Source: an uncultured virus (IMG/VR IMGVR_UViG_3300025626_000018) (taxonomy: Duplodnaviria > Heunggongvirae > Uroviricota > Caudoviricetes). Taken from it: a stretch of DNA of 64,000 nucleotides. Under the pieces are notes generated by a model. It had not been told where the DNA came from, did no database searches, and was given only the letters and a program-made list of their open reading frames with translations. The stretch covers positions 1-64,000 of the IMG/VR virus record IMGVR_UViG_3300025626_000018. One strand, 5' to 3'. The translations under genes were made by a program, and so were the position numbers. Position 1 is the stretch's first letter, and each line of letters starts with the position of its first letter. Below are positions 10,158-19,381 of this stretch, piece after piece.

Positions 10158-10421
10158 ATGGAAAACGAAGAAAATTTTGAAATAGATGAAGTTGAAGTTG
10201 AAGTCAATCCAATTGAATCAATGATTGATAGTATTTTAGGAAATGATTATAAAACATCTTCGGATATTTTTAACGATATGGTATCAGATAAAATGAATGA
10301 TGCTTTAGAAGATAAAAAAGTTGCCATAGCAGATACAATGTTTAATGGCGGATCTGATGATTTGGAAATTTCGGATGAAGAAATCGAAGAATTTTTTGAT
10401 GAAGAAGATATTCAAGACTAA
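10158..10421 (+). CDS. Acidic prohead core protein (gp67-like)
   Basis: Small, very acidic; lies between portal and protease. Confidence 0.65.
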   Translation: MENEENFEIDEVEVEVNPIESMIDSILGNDYKTSSDIFNDMVSDKMNDALEDKKVAIADTMFNGGSDDLEISDEEIEEFFDEEDIQD

Positions 10422-10450
10422 TTAAAGTCTATAAATTAAAGGAATAAAAA

Positions 10451-11104
10451 ATGAAGCTTATTGCAGAATACCTTGACCAAGAAATTTCATTAATTAAAGA
10501 ATCCACTGAAAGTGGTAAACAAAATTATGTTATTGAGGGTATTTTCGCTCAAGCTGAAACTAAAAACCGTAATGGAAGAATTTATCCAAAAGCAATTATG
10601 GAATCAGCTATACATAAATTCAATACGGAACAAGTAATGACTAAGAGGGCTGTTGGAGAATTAAATCACCCGGAAGGGCCAACAGTGAACTTAGATAAAG
10701 TTTCTCACAGAATTACCGAAATGGTATGGAATGGTAATTCAGTAGTGGGAAAAGCGCTTATTTTAGACACTCCGATGGGTAATATCGTAAAAGGTTTACT
10801 AGATGGTGGTGTTCAGTTAGGCGTTTCAACTCGTGGTATGGGAAGTCTTGAGAATCGTAGTGGGACAATGTACGTCAAAGATGACTTTATGTTGAGCACT
10901 GTAGATATTGTACAGGATCCATCTGCACCAGAAGCTTTTGTTAATGGAATAATGGAAGGTGTAGAATGGGTTTGGAATAACGGTATCATCCAATCTCAAG
11001 TAATTGAAGAAATAGAGACTGAAATTAAAGAAGCTTCACGTAGCAATTTGCACGAAGTGCAATTGCGTGAGTTTGAAAATTTCCTCTCGTTGATAAACAA
11101 ATAA
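10451..11104 (+). CDS. gp21: Prohead protease gp21
   Basis: NRNGRIYP, GELNHP, GVSTRGMGSL, DIVQDPSAP. Confidence 0.95.
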   Translation: MKLIAEYLDQEISLIKESTESGKQNYVIEGIFAQAETKNRNGRIYPKAIMESAIHKFNTEQVMTKRAVGELNHPEGPTVNLDKVSHRITEMVWNGNSVVGKALILDTPMGNIVKGLLDGGVQLGVSTRGMGSLENRSGTMYVKDDFMLSTVDIVQDPSAPEAFVNGIMEGVEWVWNNGIIQSQVIEEIETEIKEASRSNLHEVQLREFENFLSLINK

Positions 11105-11115
11105 GAGGAGTCAAC

Positions 11116-12225
11116 ATGACTGATCAAATCCAAGAACAGGATGTGGAGCTCGACTTAAACAACGAAGTTGTGGAAGAAGCTCACGATCCAAAGAACGCTG
11201 AAGCGCAATCTATTGATAGCGTAGATAAAGCTGGGGAAGTAACTGCTAAAGCCGCTCGCGGCGATGCAAGTGGTAATACAGCAAAAGATAATACAAAGCA
11301 AGATCCAGCACCTAAAACTAAAGCTGGTATCATTAATGCAATGTATAATAAAATGGGTAAAATGAAAAAGGCTGATTTACAAGCCTCTTATAAAAACCTC
11401 ATGGGCGAATCTTTTGATTTCGAAGAAGAAGAAGTTGTTGCAGTTGCACCGCTTAACTTCAAAGAAGATCTAGATGCGCTTGTAACTAATGATGAATCTC
11501 TATCAGAAGATTTTAAAACTAAAGCTGCAACAATTTTTGAAGCAGCAGTATCTTCAAGAGTGCATGAAACAATTTCAGAAAAAACAGTTGAACTTGAAAC
11601 TGCTTATGCTGAAAAAGTTGACGCACTCGAAGAAAACTTTGCTACAGAAATGGCCGAAGGTCTTGCTGAAGCTAAAGGCGAACTAGTTGAAAAAATTGAT
11701 AGCTATCTAAATTATGTAGTTGAAACGTGGATGGAAGACAACAAATTAGCTGTTGAACGTGGTTTAAGAACTGAAATTGCAGAAACATTTATGTCCAAAA
11801 TGAAAGACTTATTTGTTGAATCGTATATTGAAGTTCCAGAAGCTAAAATTGATTTAGTTGACGATCTAGCAGAACAAGTCGAAGAACTTGAAGCTCTCTT
11901 GAATAAAGAGACTGCTACAAATATCGCAATGAAAGAATCAGTAGAAACTTTGCAACGTACAATGATTATTCGTGAAGCTGCTAAAGATCTAGCAGAAACA
12001 CAAGTTGCCAAACTCGAAAAACTAGCGGAAAACCTAGATTTTGATAATGCAGAATCATTTACTTCAAAAGTGGCAACACTTAAAGAATCATATTTTTCTA
12101 AATCAGTAGAAGAAGCTGAAGAAGTAATTAATGAAGCAGTAGAAGAAGCTGAAGAGGCCGATTCAATTGTAGAAAGCAATGCCTCTATGGATCGCTATCT
12201 CACTGCTTTAAGAACATCAAATTAA
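11116..12225 (+). CDS. gp22: Prohead scaffold protein gp22
   Basis: FK.KAATIFEAAV, YLNYVVETWM; acidic coiled coil; synteny. Confidence 0.92.
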   Translation: MTDQIQEQDVELDLNNEVVEEAHDPKNAEAQSIDSVDKAGEVTAKAARGDASGNTAKDNTKQDPAPKTKAGIINAMYNKMGKMKKADLQASYKNLMGESFDFEEEEVVAVAPLNFKEDLDALVTNDESLSEDFKTKAATIFEAAVSSRVHETISEKTVELETAYAEKVDALEENFATEMAEGLAEAKGELVEKIDSYLNYVVETWMEDNKLAVERGLRTEIAETFMSKMKDLFVESYIEVPEAKIDLVDDLAEQVEELEALLNKETATNIAMKESVETLQRTMIIREAAKDLAETQVAKLEKLAENLDFDNAESFTSKVATLKESYFSKSVEEAEEVINEAVEEAEEADSIVESNASMDRYLTALRTSN

Positions 12226-12242
12226 ACTAAAGGACTTATGGA

Positions 12243-13565
12243 ATGTCTAACTATAAAAACTTAACAGAAAAATGGGCACCAGTGCTCAATGAAGAATCTG
12301 CAGGCAAAATCGATGATGCATATCGTCGTTCCGTAACTGCGGTTATTTTAGAAAACCAAGAAAAATCATTAGCAGAAGCTCGCTCTGCTACTCAAGGTTT
12401 CATTACAGAAGATGCTCCAGGCAATAACACTGGTTCCGCTTCTAACTGGGATCCAATCTTGATTTCCTTGGTACGTCGCGCAATGCCAAACATGATGGCA
12501 TATGACGTATGTGGCGTTCAGCCGATGACTGGCCCAACTGGCTTGATCTTCGCAATGAAGTCACGTTATAATGCTGGTTCAACTAGCCAACCTGAAGCAC
12601 TCTTCGGTGAAGCTAATACAGCATTCTCCGGCGCAGGTTCACAGACCGGTGATACATCTGGTCTTTTGGGTCTTACTGATTCTAACTCTGACTCCTCTAT
12701 CGACAATGATCGCACAGGACCAGGTGCTGGTACAGGTATGACTACAACTGCAGGCGAAGCCCTTGGCGATTCAGCTGGCAATCCTTTTGCTGAAATGGGT
12801 TTCACCATTGAAAAAGCAACAGTGTCTGCAAAAACACGTGCATTGAAAGCAGAATATAGCCTTGAGTTAGCTCAAGACTTGAAATCTATTCACGGTCTTG
12901 ATGCAGAATCAGAATTGGCAAATATCTTGTCAACAGAGATTCTTGCTGAAATTAACCGCGAAGTTATTCGTACAATCAACAGCCAAGCTAAAACTGGTGC
13001 AAATACATCTAACACAGCAATTAACGGCGTGTTTGACTTGTCCTCAGATGCAGATGGTCGTTGGTCAGTAGAAAAATTCAAAGGTTTGATGGTTCAAATT
13101 GAACGTGAAGCTAACCAAATCGCAAAAGAAACACGTCGCGGTCGTGGTAACTTCATCATCACATCTTCTGATGTAGCTTCTGCTTTGGCAGCAACAGGTA
13201 TGCTGGACTATGCTCCAGCACTCGCAACTAACTTGCAAGTTGATGACACAGGTAATACTTTTGCTGGTGTTCTTAATGGCCGCACACGCGTTTATATCGA
13301 CCCATATGCAACTGTTGATTATATCACTGTTGGATACAAAGGTACAAATGCATACGATGCAGGTCTCTTCTATTGCCCATACGTACCACTCACAATGGTT
13401 CGTGCAGTAGGTGAAAATGACTTCCAGCCACGTATCGGGTTCAAAACTCGTTATGGCATGGCATCAAACCCATTTGTAGGTGCTACACCCGCAAACGGTC
13501 TAGCAGCTGCGAAGACTAATCAATATTACAGAATCTTCAGAGTTGACAATATCTTGTCTGCATAA
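12243..13565 (+). CDS. gp23: Major capsid protein gp23
   Basis: KWAPVL, GVQPMTGPTGLIFAM, ELAQDLK.IHGLDAE, FYCPYVPL, GFKTRYG. Confidence 0.98.
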   Translation: MSNYKNLTEKWAPVLNEESAGKIDDAYRRSVTAVILENQEKSLAEARSATQGFITEDAPGNNTGSASNWDPILISLVRRAMPNMMAYDVCGVQPMTGPTGLIFAMKSRYNAGSTSQPEALFGEANTAFSGAGSQTGDTSGLLGLTDSNSDSSIDNDRTGPGAGTGMTTTAGEALGDSAGNPFAEMGFTIEKATVSAKTRALKAEYSLELAQDLKSIHGLDAESELANILSTEILAEINREVIRTINSQAKTGANTSNTAINGVFDLSSDADGRWSVEKFKGLMVQIEREANQIAKETRRGRGNFIITSSDVASALAATGMLDYAPALATNLQVDDTGNTFAGVLNGRTRVYIDPYATVDYITVGYKGTNAYDAGLFYCPYVPLTMVRAVGENDFQPRIGFKTRYGMASNPFVGATPANGLAAAKTNQYYRIFRVDNILSA

Positions 13566-13604
13566 GATTAGATTAAATAATATTATTCTGGTAACAGAAC
13601 AACT

Positions 13605-13630
13605 AGAGGCGCTTCGGCGCCTCTTTTTTT
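13605..13630 (+). terminator. Rho-independent terminator with cUUCGg tetraloop
   Basis: agaggcgc-ttcg-gcgcctct followed by a T-run. Confidence 0.9.
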
Positions 13631-13729
13631 ATTCGGTGTAGATAGCAATTAGATATAGATATAGATATAAAAGTGATAAATGGGTAGAATGGCAGTTTGT
13701 GTAACGTAGTCTGCTTTAGGTTATAATTT

Positions 13730-13775
13730 ACAATAGTACAAGTAAAAAGAAATGTAAACATCTAAAAATGCATTT
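13730..13775 (-). promoter_or_regulatory. Minus-strand early-type promoter with no downstream ORF
   Basis: Minus strand reads aatgcatttttagatGTTTACA-17 nt-TATTGT, the same cassette as the other early promoters. Confidence 0.55.
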
Positions 13776-13793
13776 TTTTGTATTATTTTTGCA

Positions 13794-13801
13794 TATAAAT
13801 A
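13794..13801 (+). promoter_or_regulatory. T4-type late promoter for gp3
   Basis: TATAAATA. Confidence 0.75.
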
Positions 13802-13826
13802 ATTATAACATACGGAGTATTATGGA

Positions 13827-14312
13827 ATGTCAGAATTAACTAGCAATATTAACTATCTCCAACCAACTAATTTTAGAATAGTTTTAGATAGAAAAGAATA
13901 CGGTAATTTAGAATTTTTTGCACAAAGATTCGATCATCCTGCAATTACCATTGATGCACCTGTGGTATCGTATAAAAGGATTCAATCAATATCATTAACT
14001 GGTGATAATATTTCATTTGGTGATTTGACTATTGAAGTTATCTGTGATGAGGATATGAATTCTTATAAAGAAATGTTTGAATGGTTAACCGAACTTACGG
14101 AAAAACACCATAATGATGCAGAAAAAAGAATTCAAGTAGATATATCAGCTATTATTATGTCAAGTCATAATAATAAAGTTAAAGAATTTCGATATATTGA
14201 TTGTATACCAACATTTGTTGGGCCTTTGTCATTTCAAGCGGGCGTTAGCGAAGCACCAGTAGTTACTTTTGAAGTAACATTTAAAATAGGATATTTTGAA
14301 CTTAGGGACTAA
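13827..14312 (+). CDS. gp3: Tail completion/tube terminator gp3
   Basis: NYLQPTNF, GD.I.FG.L, DEDMNSYKEMFEW; position after gp23. Confidence 0.85.
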   Translation: MSELTSNINYLQPTNFRIVLDRKEYGNLEFFAQRFDHPAITIDAPVVSYKRIQSISLTGDNISFGDLTIEVICDEDMNSYKEMFEWLTELTEKHHNDAEKRIQVDISAIIMSSHNNKVKEFRYIDCIPTFVGPLSFQAGVSEAPVVTFEVTFKIGYFELRD

Positions 14313-14317
14313 GTATA

Positions 14318-15046
14318 ATGATAGATAATGATATACGGCGATATAGAGCATTAATAGTTTGGACTAATAACGGCAATAGCGGTGAAATTTTAACAAATTG
14401 GTTTGCAGAAGCCCATAAAAAATATATTAAATATGATTTATTAACTGAAAATTTAATAGCATTAGGATATAATGTTGATATAAATGACTGCGAAAATTGC
14501 GAAATTTTTAATATAAAGTCCGGAATTTTTCGGGATATTATATTACAATACAAAAAAACAAATGATATTAATAGACTGAATACCGCTATAAGATTAATAA
14601 TGTCGTATCGACCAACATTTTATATCATTAATGAAACTATTGATAAAGAAATTATAAATTCAATTATATCTATGTCCAATCTTTATCATTTTAGCAATCT
14701 TTTATTTTACTGTAAAAAACCCGTAACTAGGTTAAAAAATTTAAATTATATTGAAAATCTGCGTGATAATGAAAATACATGCCGTGAAATTAATAATTTT
14801 ATTTTTCATTCGTTAAACCGACGTGGGGTTAGATTTGCTGGTTTAATGCATGAAGATTTTTTTCAATTTAATAGTTATAATGATTCAATATTATACTTGA
14901 CATTTAAATGGCTATTTTATAGTATACATAATTTTATAGAGATACGTGAAAAAATAAACCATATTGATGTTAATACAGATCATATAAAAGCCCAATTAGT
15001 GGATTTAATTCCAATTGAAATAAATAATTTCCATATTGAGGTGTAA
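14318..15046 (+). CDS. Hypothetical AT-rich protein
   Basis: 242-aa ORF; no recognisable motif. Confidence 0.55.
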   Translation: MIDNDIRRYRALIVWTNNGNSGEILTNWFAEAHKKYIKYDLLTENLIALGYNVDINDCENCEIFNIKSGIFRDIILQYKKTNDINRLNTAIRLIMSYRPTFYIINETIDKEIINSIISMSNLYHFSNLLFYCKKPVTRLKNLNYIENLRDNENTCREINNFIFHSLNRRGVRFAGLMHEDFFQFNSYNDSILYLTFKWLFYSIHNFIEIREKINHIDVNTDHIKAQLVDLIPIEINNFHIEV

Positions 15047-15072
15047 TTAGACGTTATAAATACTATTATATT

Positions 15073-15543
15073 ATGAACCAGATGGAGTTTCCGTTGTTAC
15101 TAGATATTGAAAAAATCCTTATAGAATGGCAAAATGACAGCGTAATTGATGATACTAAATTGGATAGTGCATCAGTAGATACAGCTAAACTACATGCTAA
15201 ATATTTGCAGTGGCTTTCTTTAGCCAAACTTCAATTAAAAAAATCTCAAATAAATCAAAAATCTTTGCTTAAAATTAAGTGGCTATACTATAATGGTAAA
15301 ATGCCGCCCGAAGAAATTGAACAACGGGGATGGGAATTTGATCCCTTTGATGGCCTTAAAGTTATGAAGGGTGATATGAATTATTATTATGATTCAGATA
15401 AAGAAATTCAACAAAGCGAAGAAAAAATTGCATATTCAAAAACTTTAGTAGAAACCTTGCAAGAAATTGTTGAAACCTTACGGTGGCGGCATACATCAAT
15501 TGGTAATATCATTAAATGGAAGATGTTTCAAGCCGGTGGATAA
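15073..15543 (+). CDS. uvsY: Recombination mediator UvsY
   Basis: W..DS.ID, LHAKYL, KWLYYNGK, I.W..FQAG; precedes uvsW; TATAAATA at 15055. Confidence 0.9.
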   Translation: MNQMEFPLLLDIEKILIEWQNDSVIDDTKLDSASVDTAKLHAKYLQWLSLAKLQLKKSQINQKSLLKIKWLYYNGKMPPEEIEQRGWEFDPFDGLKVMKGDMNYYYDSDKEIQQSEEKIAYSKTLVETLQEIVETLRWRHTSIGNIIKWKMFQAGG

Positions 15544-17047
15544 AATAGTAATTCAAAAAAAGAATGAGTCAATGATGCTAATTGGTTGCGATTGGGGCAT
15601 CGGCGCAGAATTATCAGATTTCTTCAGTTTTTTTGTTCCAGGGTATAAATTTATGCCATTATACAAAAATAAAATATGGGATGGTAAAGTTAGGCTATAT
15701 AATGCTCAAACAAATGAACTAGGCCTTGGGTTATTACCATATGTAAAAGAATTTGCTGAAAAAAGAAATTATACCATAGAATATGAAGATTCTTTATATG
15801 GCATGCCCGAGCAATATAATGATATAGATCCAAAAGCAATTATGGATTTTCTTAAGCGATTAAATTTACAAGGGCGCGGAGAACCTATTGAAGTTAGAGA
15901 TTATCAGTTTGATGCAATATGTGATGCAATTCGAAAAAAACGCGCTATTCTTTTGTCGCCAACTGGGTCCGGTAAATCACTTATAATTTATGCTTTAATG
16001 CGATGGTACCTTGAAAATTTTAATCAAAAAGTATTAGTTATTGTTCCAACAACCTCCTTAGTGCAACAAATGTATGCAGATTTCGCAGACTATTCGACTG
16101 CCGATGAATCATTCCAGGTAGAAAAAGAATGTCATGTGATTTATTCGGGTAAAGAAAAAACTAATATTCATAATAGAATTTATATTTCAACGTGGCAATC
16201 TATTTACAAATTAGGGCCAGCATGGTTCGAACAATTTGGTGCTGTGTTTGGGGACGAGTGCCATGGATTTAAATCTAAATCTTTAACAGCTATTATGAAT
16301 AAAGCCAGATTGGCTGCGTATAGATTTGGTACAACCGGAACGCTAGATGGTACACAAACTCATAAATTAACACTTGAAGGATTATTTGGTAAAGTTAAAA
16401 ATGTCACTACAACAAAAACGCTTCAAGACAAAAATACGCTCGCCCAATTAGACATTAATCTGTTAACGCTGCAATATAAAGAAGAGACAAAGAAAATTTT
16501 ATCTGGTCAATCTTATCAAGAAGAAATTAACTTTATTGTTACTAATGAAAAGCGTAATAAATTTATTAGTAATTTGTCTTTATCTTTGGACGGTAATACG
16601 CTTGTATTGTATCAGTTTGTTGAAAAACATGGTAAACCATTACATACTTTAATAGCAAATAAAGCTGATGAAAAACGCAAGATCTTTTTTGTATCGGGTG
16701 GCACTGAAGCTAGCGATCGAGAAGCAATACGTAAAATAGTTGAGACACAAAAAGATGCAATTATTGTGGCAAGTTTAGGTACGTTTAGTACAGGGATAAA
16801 TATAAGGAACTTGCATAACATTGTATTTGCCTCCCCTTCAAAATCTCAAATCAGAATTTTACAAAGTATCGGCAGGGGGTTAAGAAAAAGTGAAAATGGT
16901 AAAACAACTCAGCTATACGATATTGCAGATAATTTAAAATATAAGTCTAAAAAGAATTATTCTTTAGTACATGCTGAAGAAAGATTGAAGATATATAAAC
17001 GAGAACAATTTAATTGTAAAATACATATGGTAGATTTAAATGAATAA
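15536..17047 (+). CDS. uvsW: SF2 helicase UvsW (likely GTG start)
   Basis: SPTGSGKS, GDECH, GTTGT, STGINI, QSIGRGLR. Confidence 0.95.
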   Translation: MDKIVIQKKNESMMLIGCDWGIGAELSDFFSFFVPGYKFMPLYKNKIWDGKVRLYNAQTNELGLGLLPYVKEFAEKRNYTIEYEDSLYGMPEQYNDIDPKAIMDFLKRLNLQGRGEPIEVRDYQFDAICDAIRKKRAILLSPTGSGKSLIIYALMRWYLENFNQKVLVIVPTTSLVQQMYADFADYSTADESFQVEKECHVIYSGKEKTNIHNRIYISTWQSIYKLGPAWFEQFGAVFGDECHGFKSKSLTAIMNKARLAAYRFGTTGTLDGTQTHKLTLEGLFGKVKNVTTTKTLQDKNTLAQLDINLLTLQYKEETKKILSGQSYQEEINFIVTNEKRNKFISNLSLSLDGNTLVLYQFVEKHGKPLHTLIANKADEKRKIFFVSGGTEASDREAIRKIVETQKDAIIVASLGTFSTGINIRNLHNIVFASPSKSQIRILQSIGRGLRKSENGKTTQLYDIADNLKYKSKKNYSLVHAEERLKIYKREQFNCKIHMVDLNE

Positions 17048-17462
17048 TTACGGACAATTTCTTCTTGCTAATGGCCTTGAAATCGTAGCAGAAATACTTG
17101 AAGATGATGAAGAACTTAATGATATGGTTGTTAGAAACTGTTTAATTATTTCTCGAATGAATGTAAAAGAGGGAACATATTATATTTTTAGACCGATGAT
17201 GACATATGTTGAAGGTGAAAATGGAATCATTGGGCTTAATAGAGATCACATTACTGCATCTAGTATTCCTCATATTAAAACAATAGATCAATATTATTTT
17301 GCTTTGCAGAAAATGAAAGAAGAGTGGGATGAAGAAATGCAAGAATATGAACAACCACTTGAAAATGAAAAAACTTTAGATGAACTTGATGAAGAATTAA
17401 GTGAAGAAGATAAAGAAAAAATTGTATCGATCTTTAAGAATTCTAAACCAACAATGCATTAG
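17040..17462 (+). CDS. Conserved T4-like hypothetical protein downstream of uvsW
   Basis: L.NG.EIVAEI start, acidic tail, overlaps uvsW stop. Confidence 0.7.
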   Translation: MNNYGQFLLANGLEIVAEILEDDEELNDMVVRNCLIISRMNVKEGTYYIFRPMMTYVEGENGIIGLNRDHITASSIPHIKTIDQYYFALQKMKEEWDEEMQEYEQPLENEKTLDELDEELSEEDKEKIVSIFKNSKPTMH

Positions 17463-17633
17463 TATACTATCCTCCCTTTTTAGAAGCTTACTCTTCTATT
17501 ATATCACAAATATTAAATTTGTAAACCTCTAATGCATATGTGCATCAATAAAATATATGGGATGTCGATATACTATCCTCCCCTTTTAGAAGCTTACTCT
17601 TCTATTATATCACAAATATTAAATTTGTAAACC
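17463..17633. repeat. Two 65-nt direct repeats (17463-17527, 17569-17633), each with a minus-strand GTTTACA-16-TATAAT promoter
   Basis: tatactatcctccc(t/c)ttttagaagcttactcttctattatatcacaaatattaaatttgtaaacc occurs twice with one mismatch. Confidence 0.9.
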
Positions 17634-17674
17634 CCTAAAATGCATATAACTGAAAAAAAATATAAAAAAAACTT

Positions 17675-17704
17675 GTTTACTTTTAATGTAAATTAGTTTA
17701 TAAT
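17675..17704 (+). promoter_or_regulatory. Early (sigma70-type) promoter for gp55
   Basis: GTTTACT-17 nt-TATAAT. Confidence 0.75.
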
Positions 17705-17729
17705 ATTACTATATTAGGAGAATATTAAT

Positions 17730-18323
17730 ATGGCTAAGAAAAAATCTAAAAATTTACACTACGTAAATAACCAAGAGTTTGCTCTTGCTATTGTTGCATA
17801 TGTAGAATCAGTAAATGCTGCTCGCGAGGCCGGCGAGCAATTACCAGTTGTACCAGATTATATTGCAATATGTTTTTTAAAAATTGCTGAAAATCTTTCA
17901 CATAAATCTAATTTTATTCGATATACGTATAGAGAAGAAATGGTTATGGATTCGGTAGAAAATTGTCTTAAAGCAGTTGAGAATTATAATATTAATGCCG
18001 TAACACGAACCGGTAAACCAAATGCTTTTGCATATTTTACTCAAATTATTTGGTTTGCTTTTTTACGCCGGATTGCAAAAGAAAAGCGCCAGCAAGAAAT
18101 TAAAGAAAAATATTTATCCCAATCTGGTGTTGAAGCCTTTCTTGTAAATGAAGGCGGTGATGCTGCAAATTCTGTTGCTACTCACTTTGTTGATACTCTT
18201 AAAGATAGAATTGATAAAATTAAAGTATATGATACAGAGATTAAAGAGTTTGCAAAAGCTCAAAAAACTCGGGCTAAACGTAAACAAAATGTTGATTCTG
18301 ACTTGCAGGAATTTTTGGAATGA
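17730..18323 (+). CDS. gp55: Late sigma factor gp55
   Basis: HYVNNQEF, NFIRYTYREEMV.D..ENC, NAFAYFTQI..AFLRRI.KEK. Confidence 0.95.
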   Translation: MAKKKSKNLHYVNNQEFALAIVAYVESVNAAREAGEQLPVVPDYIAICFLKIAENLSHKSNFIRYTYREEMVMDSVENCLKAVENYNINAVTRTGKPNAFAYFTQIIWFAFLRRIAKEKRQQEIKEKYLSQSGVEAFLVNEGGDAANSVATHFVDTLKDRIDKIKVYDTEIKEFAKAQKTRAKRKQNVDSDLQEFLE

Positions 18324-19381
18324 AAATAGCAGTAATTAATGACACACATTGTGGTATTAGAAATAGTTCAGAAGTGTTCCTTGATAACTCAGCTAAGTTT
18401 TGGGATGAAATTTTTTTCCCATATTGTAAAAAAAACAATATTACTCAAATTTTACATCTTGGCGATTTTTTTGACCATCGCAAATTTGTAAATTTTAAAG
18501 CACTTAATCATAATCGCAAGCATTTTTTAGATAAGCTACGTGAAAACAAAATGACCATGGATATTATTCCAGGTAATCATGACACTTATTATAAAAATAC
18601 AAATGATTTAAACTCATTAAAGGAATTACTTGGTCATTTTATGAATGAAATCCATATTATTATGGAACCGCGTGTTATGGAGTATGGCTCATTAAAAATG
18701 GCCTTGCTTCCATGGATTACTACTGAAAATTACGATGCTTCTATAAAATTTGTAAAAGAATGCAAAGCAGATTGGCTTGGTGGCCATTTAGAATTGAATG
18801 ATTTTGAAATGATGAGAGGTATTAAAAATACCCATGGTATGAATCATAAAGAATTTTCTAGATTTGAAACTGTTTTGTCTGGACATTTTCATACAAAATC
18901 CAGTCGTGATAATATTCATTACTTGGGTTCACAAATGGAGTTTTCTTGGTCTGATGCCCATGACAAAAAATATTTTCATGTGATTGATACCGAAACTCGA
19001 GAAATAGAAGCTATTCATAATCCGCATACTTTACATGAAAAGATTATATACGATGATTCTAAATATGATTATACTGACTATCCATTAGATAATTTAGATT
19101 ATAAATTTGTAAAAATAGTTGTAATAAATAAACAAGACCTATTTACATTTGAGCGATTTGTTGATAAAATACAAAATAAGAAGATTTATGAACTAAAAAT
19201 TGCTGAAAATTTTAGTGAGTTCATTGGTGAAAATGTTGAGGACGAATCAATTTCGGTTGATGATACTTCGACATTGCTTGATAGTTATGTAGATGCTGTT
19301 GATACAGATCTTGATAAAAATAGAATTAAAACGAATATGCACAATTTATTGATTGAAGCGCAGGCATTAGAAATAGTATGA
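18320..19381 (+). CDS. gp47: Recombination nuclease subunit gp47 (Mre11-like)
   Basis: DTH, GD.FD, GNHD, SGHFH metallophosphoesterase motifs. Confidence 0.95.
   Translation: MKIAVINDTHCGIRNSSEVFLDNSAKFWDEIFFPYCKKNNITQILHLGDFFDHRKFVNFKALNHNRKHFLDKLRENKMTMDIIPGNHDTYYKNTNDLNSLKELLGHFMNEIHIIMEPRVMEYGSLKMALLPWITTENYDASIKFVKECKADWLGGHLELNDFEMMRGIKNTHGMNHKEFSRFETVLSGHFHTKSSRDNIHYLGSQMEFSWSDAHDKKYFHVIDTETREIEAIHNPHTLHEKIIYDDSKYDYTDYPLDNLDYKFVKIVVINKQDLFTFERFVDKIQNKKIYELKIAENFSEFIGENVEDESISVDDTSTLLDSYVDAVDTDLDKNRIKTNMHNLLIEAQALEIV

Noticed and set aside
17463..17633. CRISPR-like array
   Set aside because: Only two 65-nt copies, promoter-like content, no repeat-spacer series
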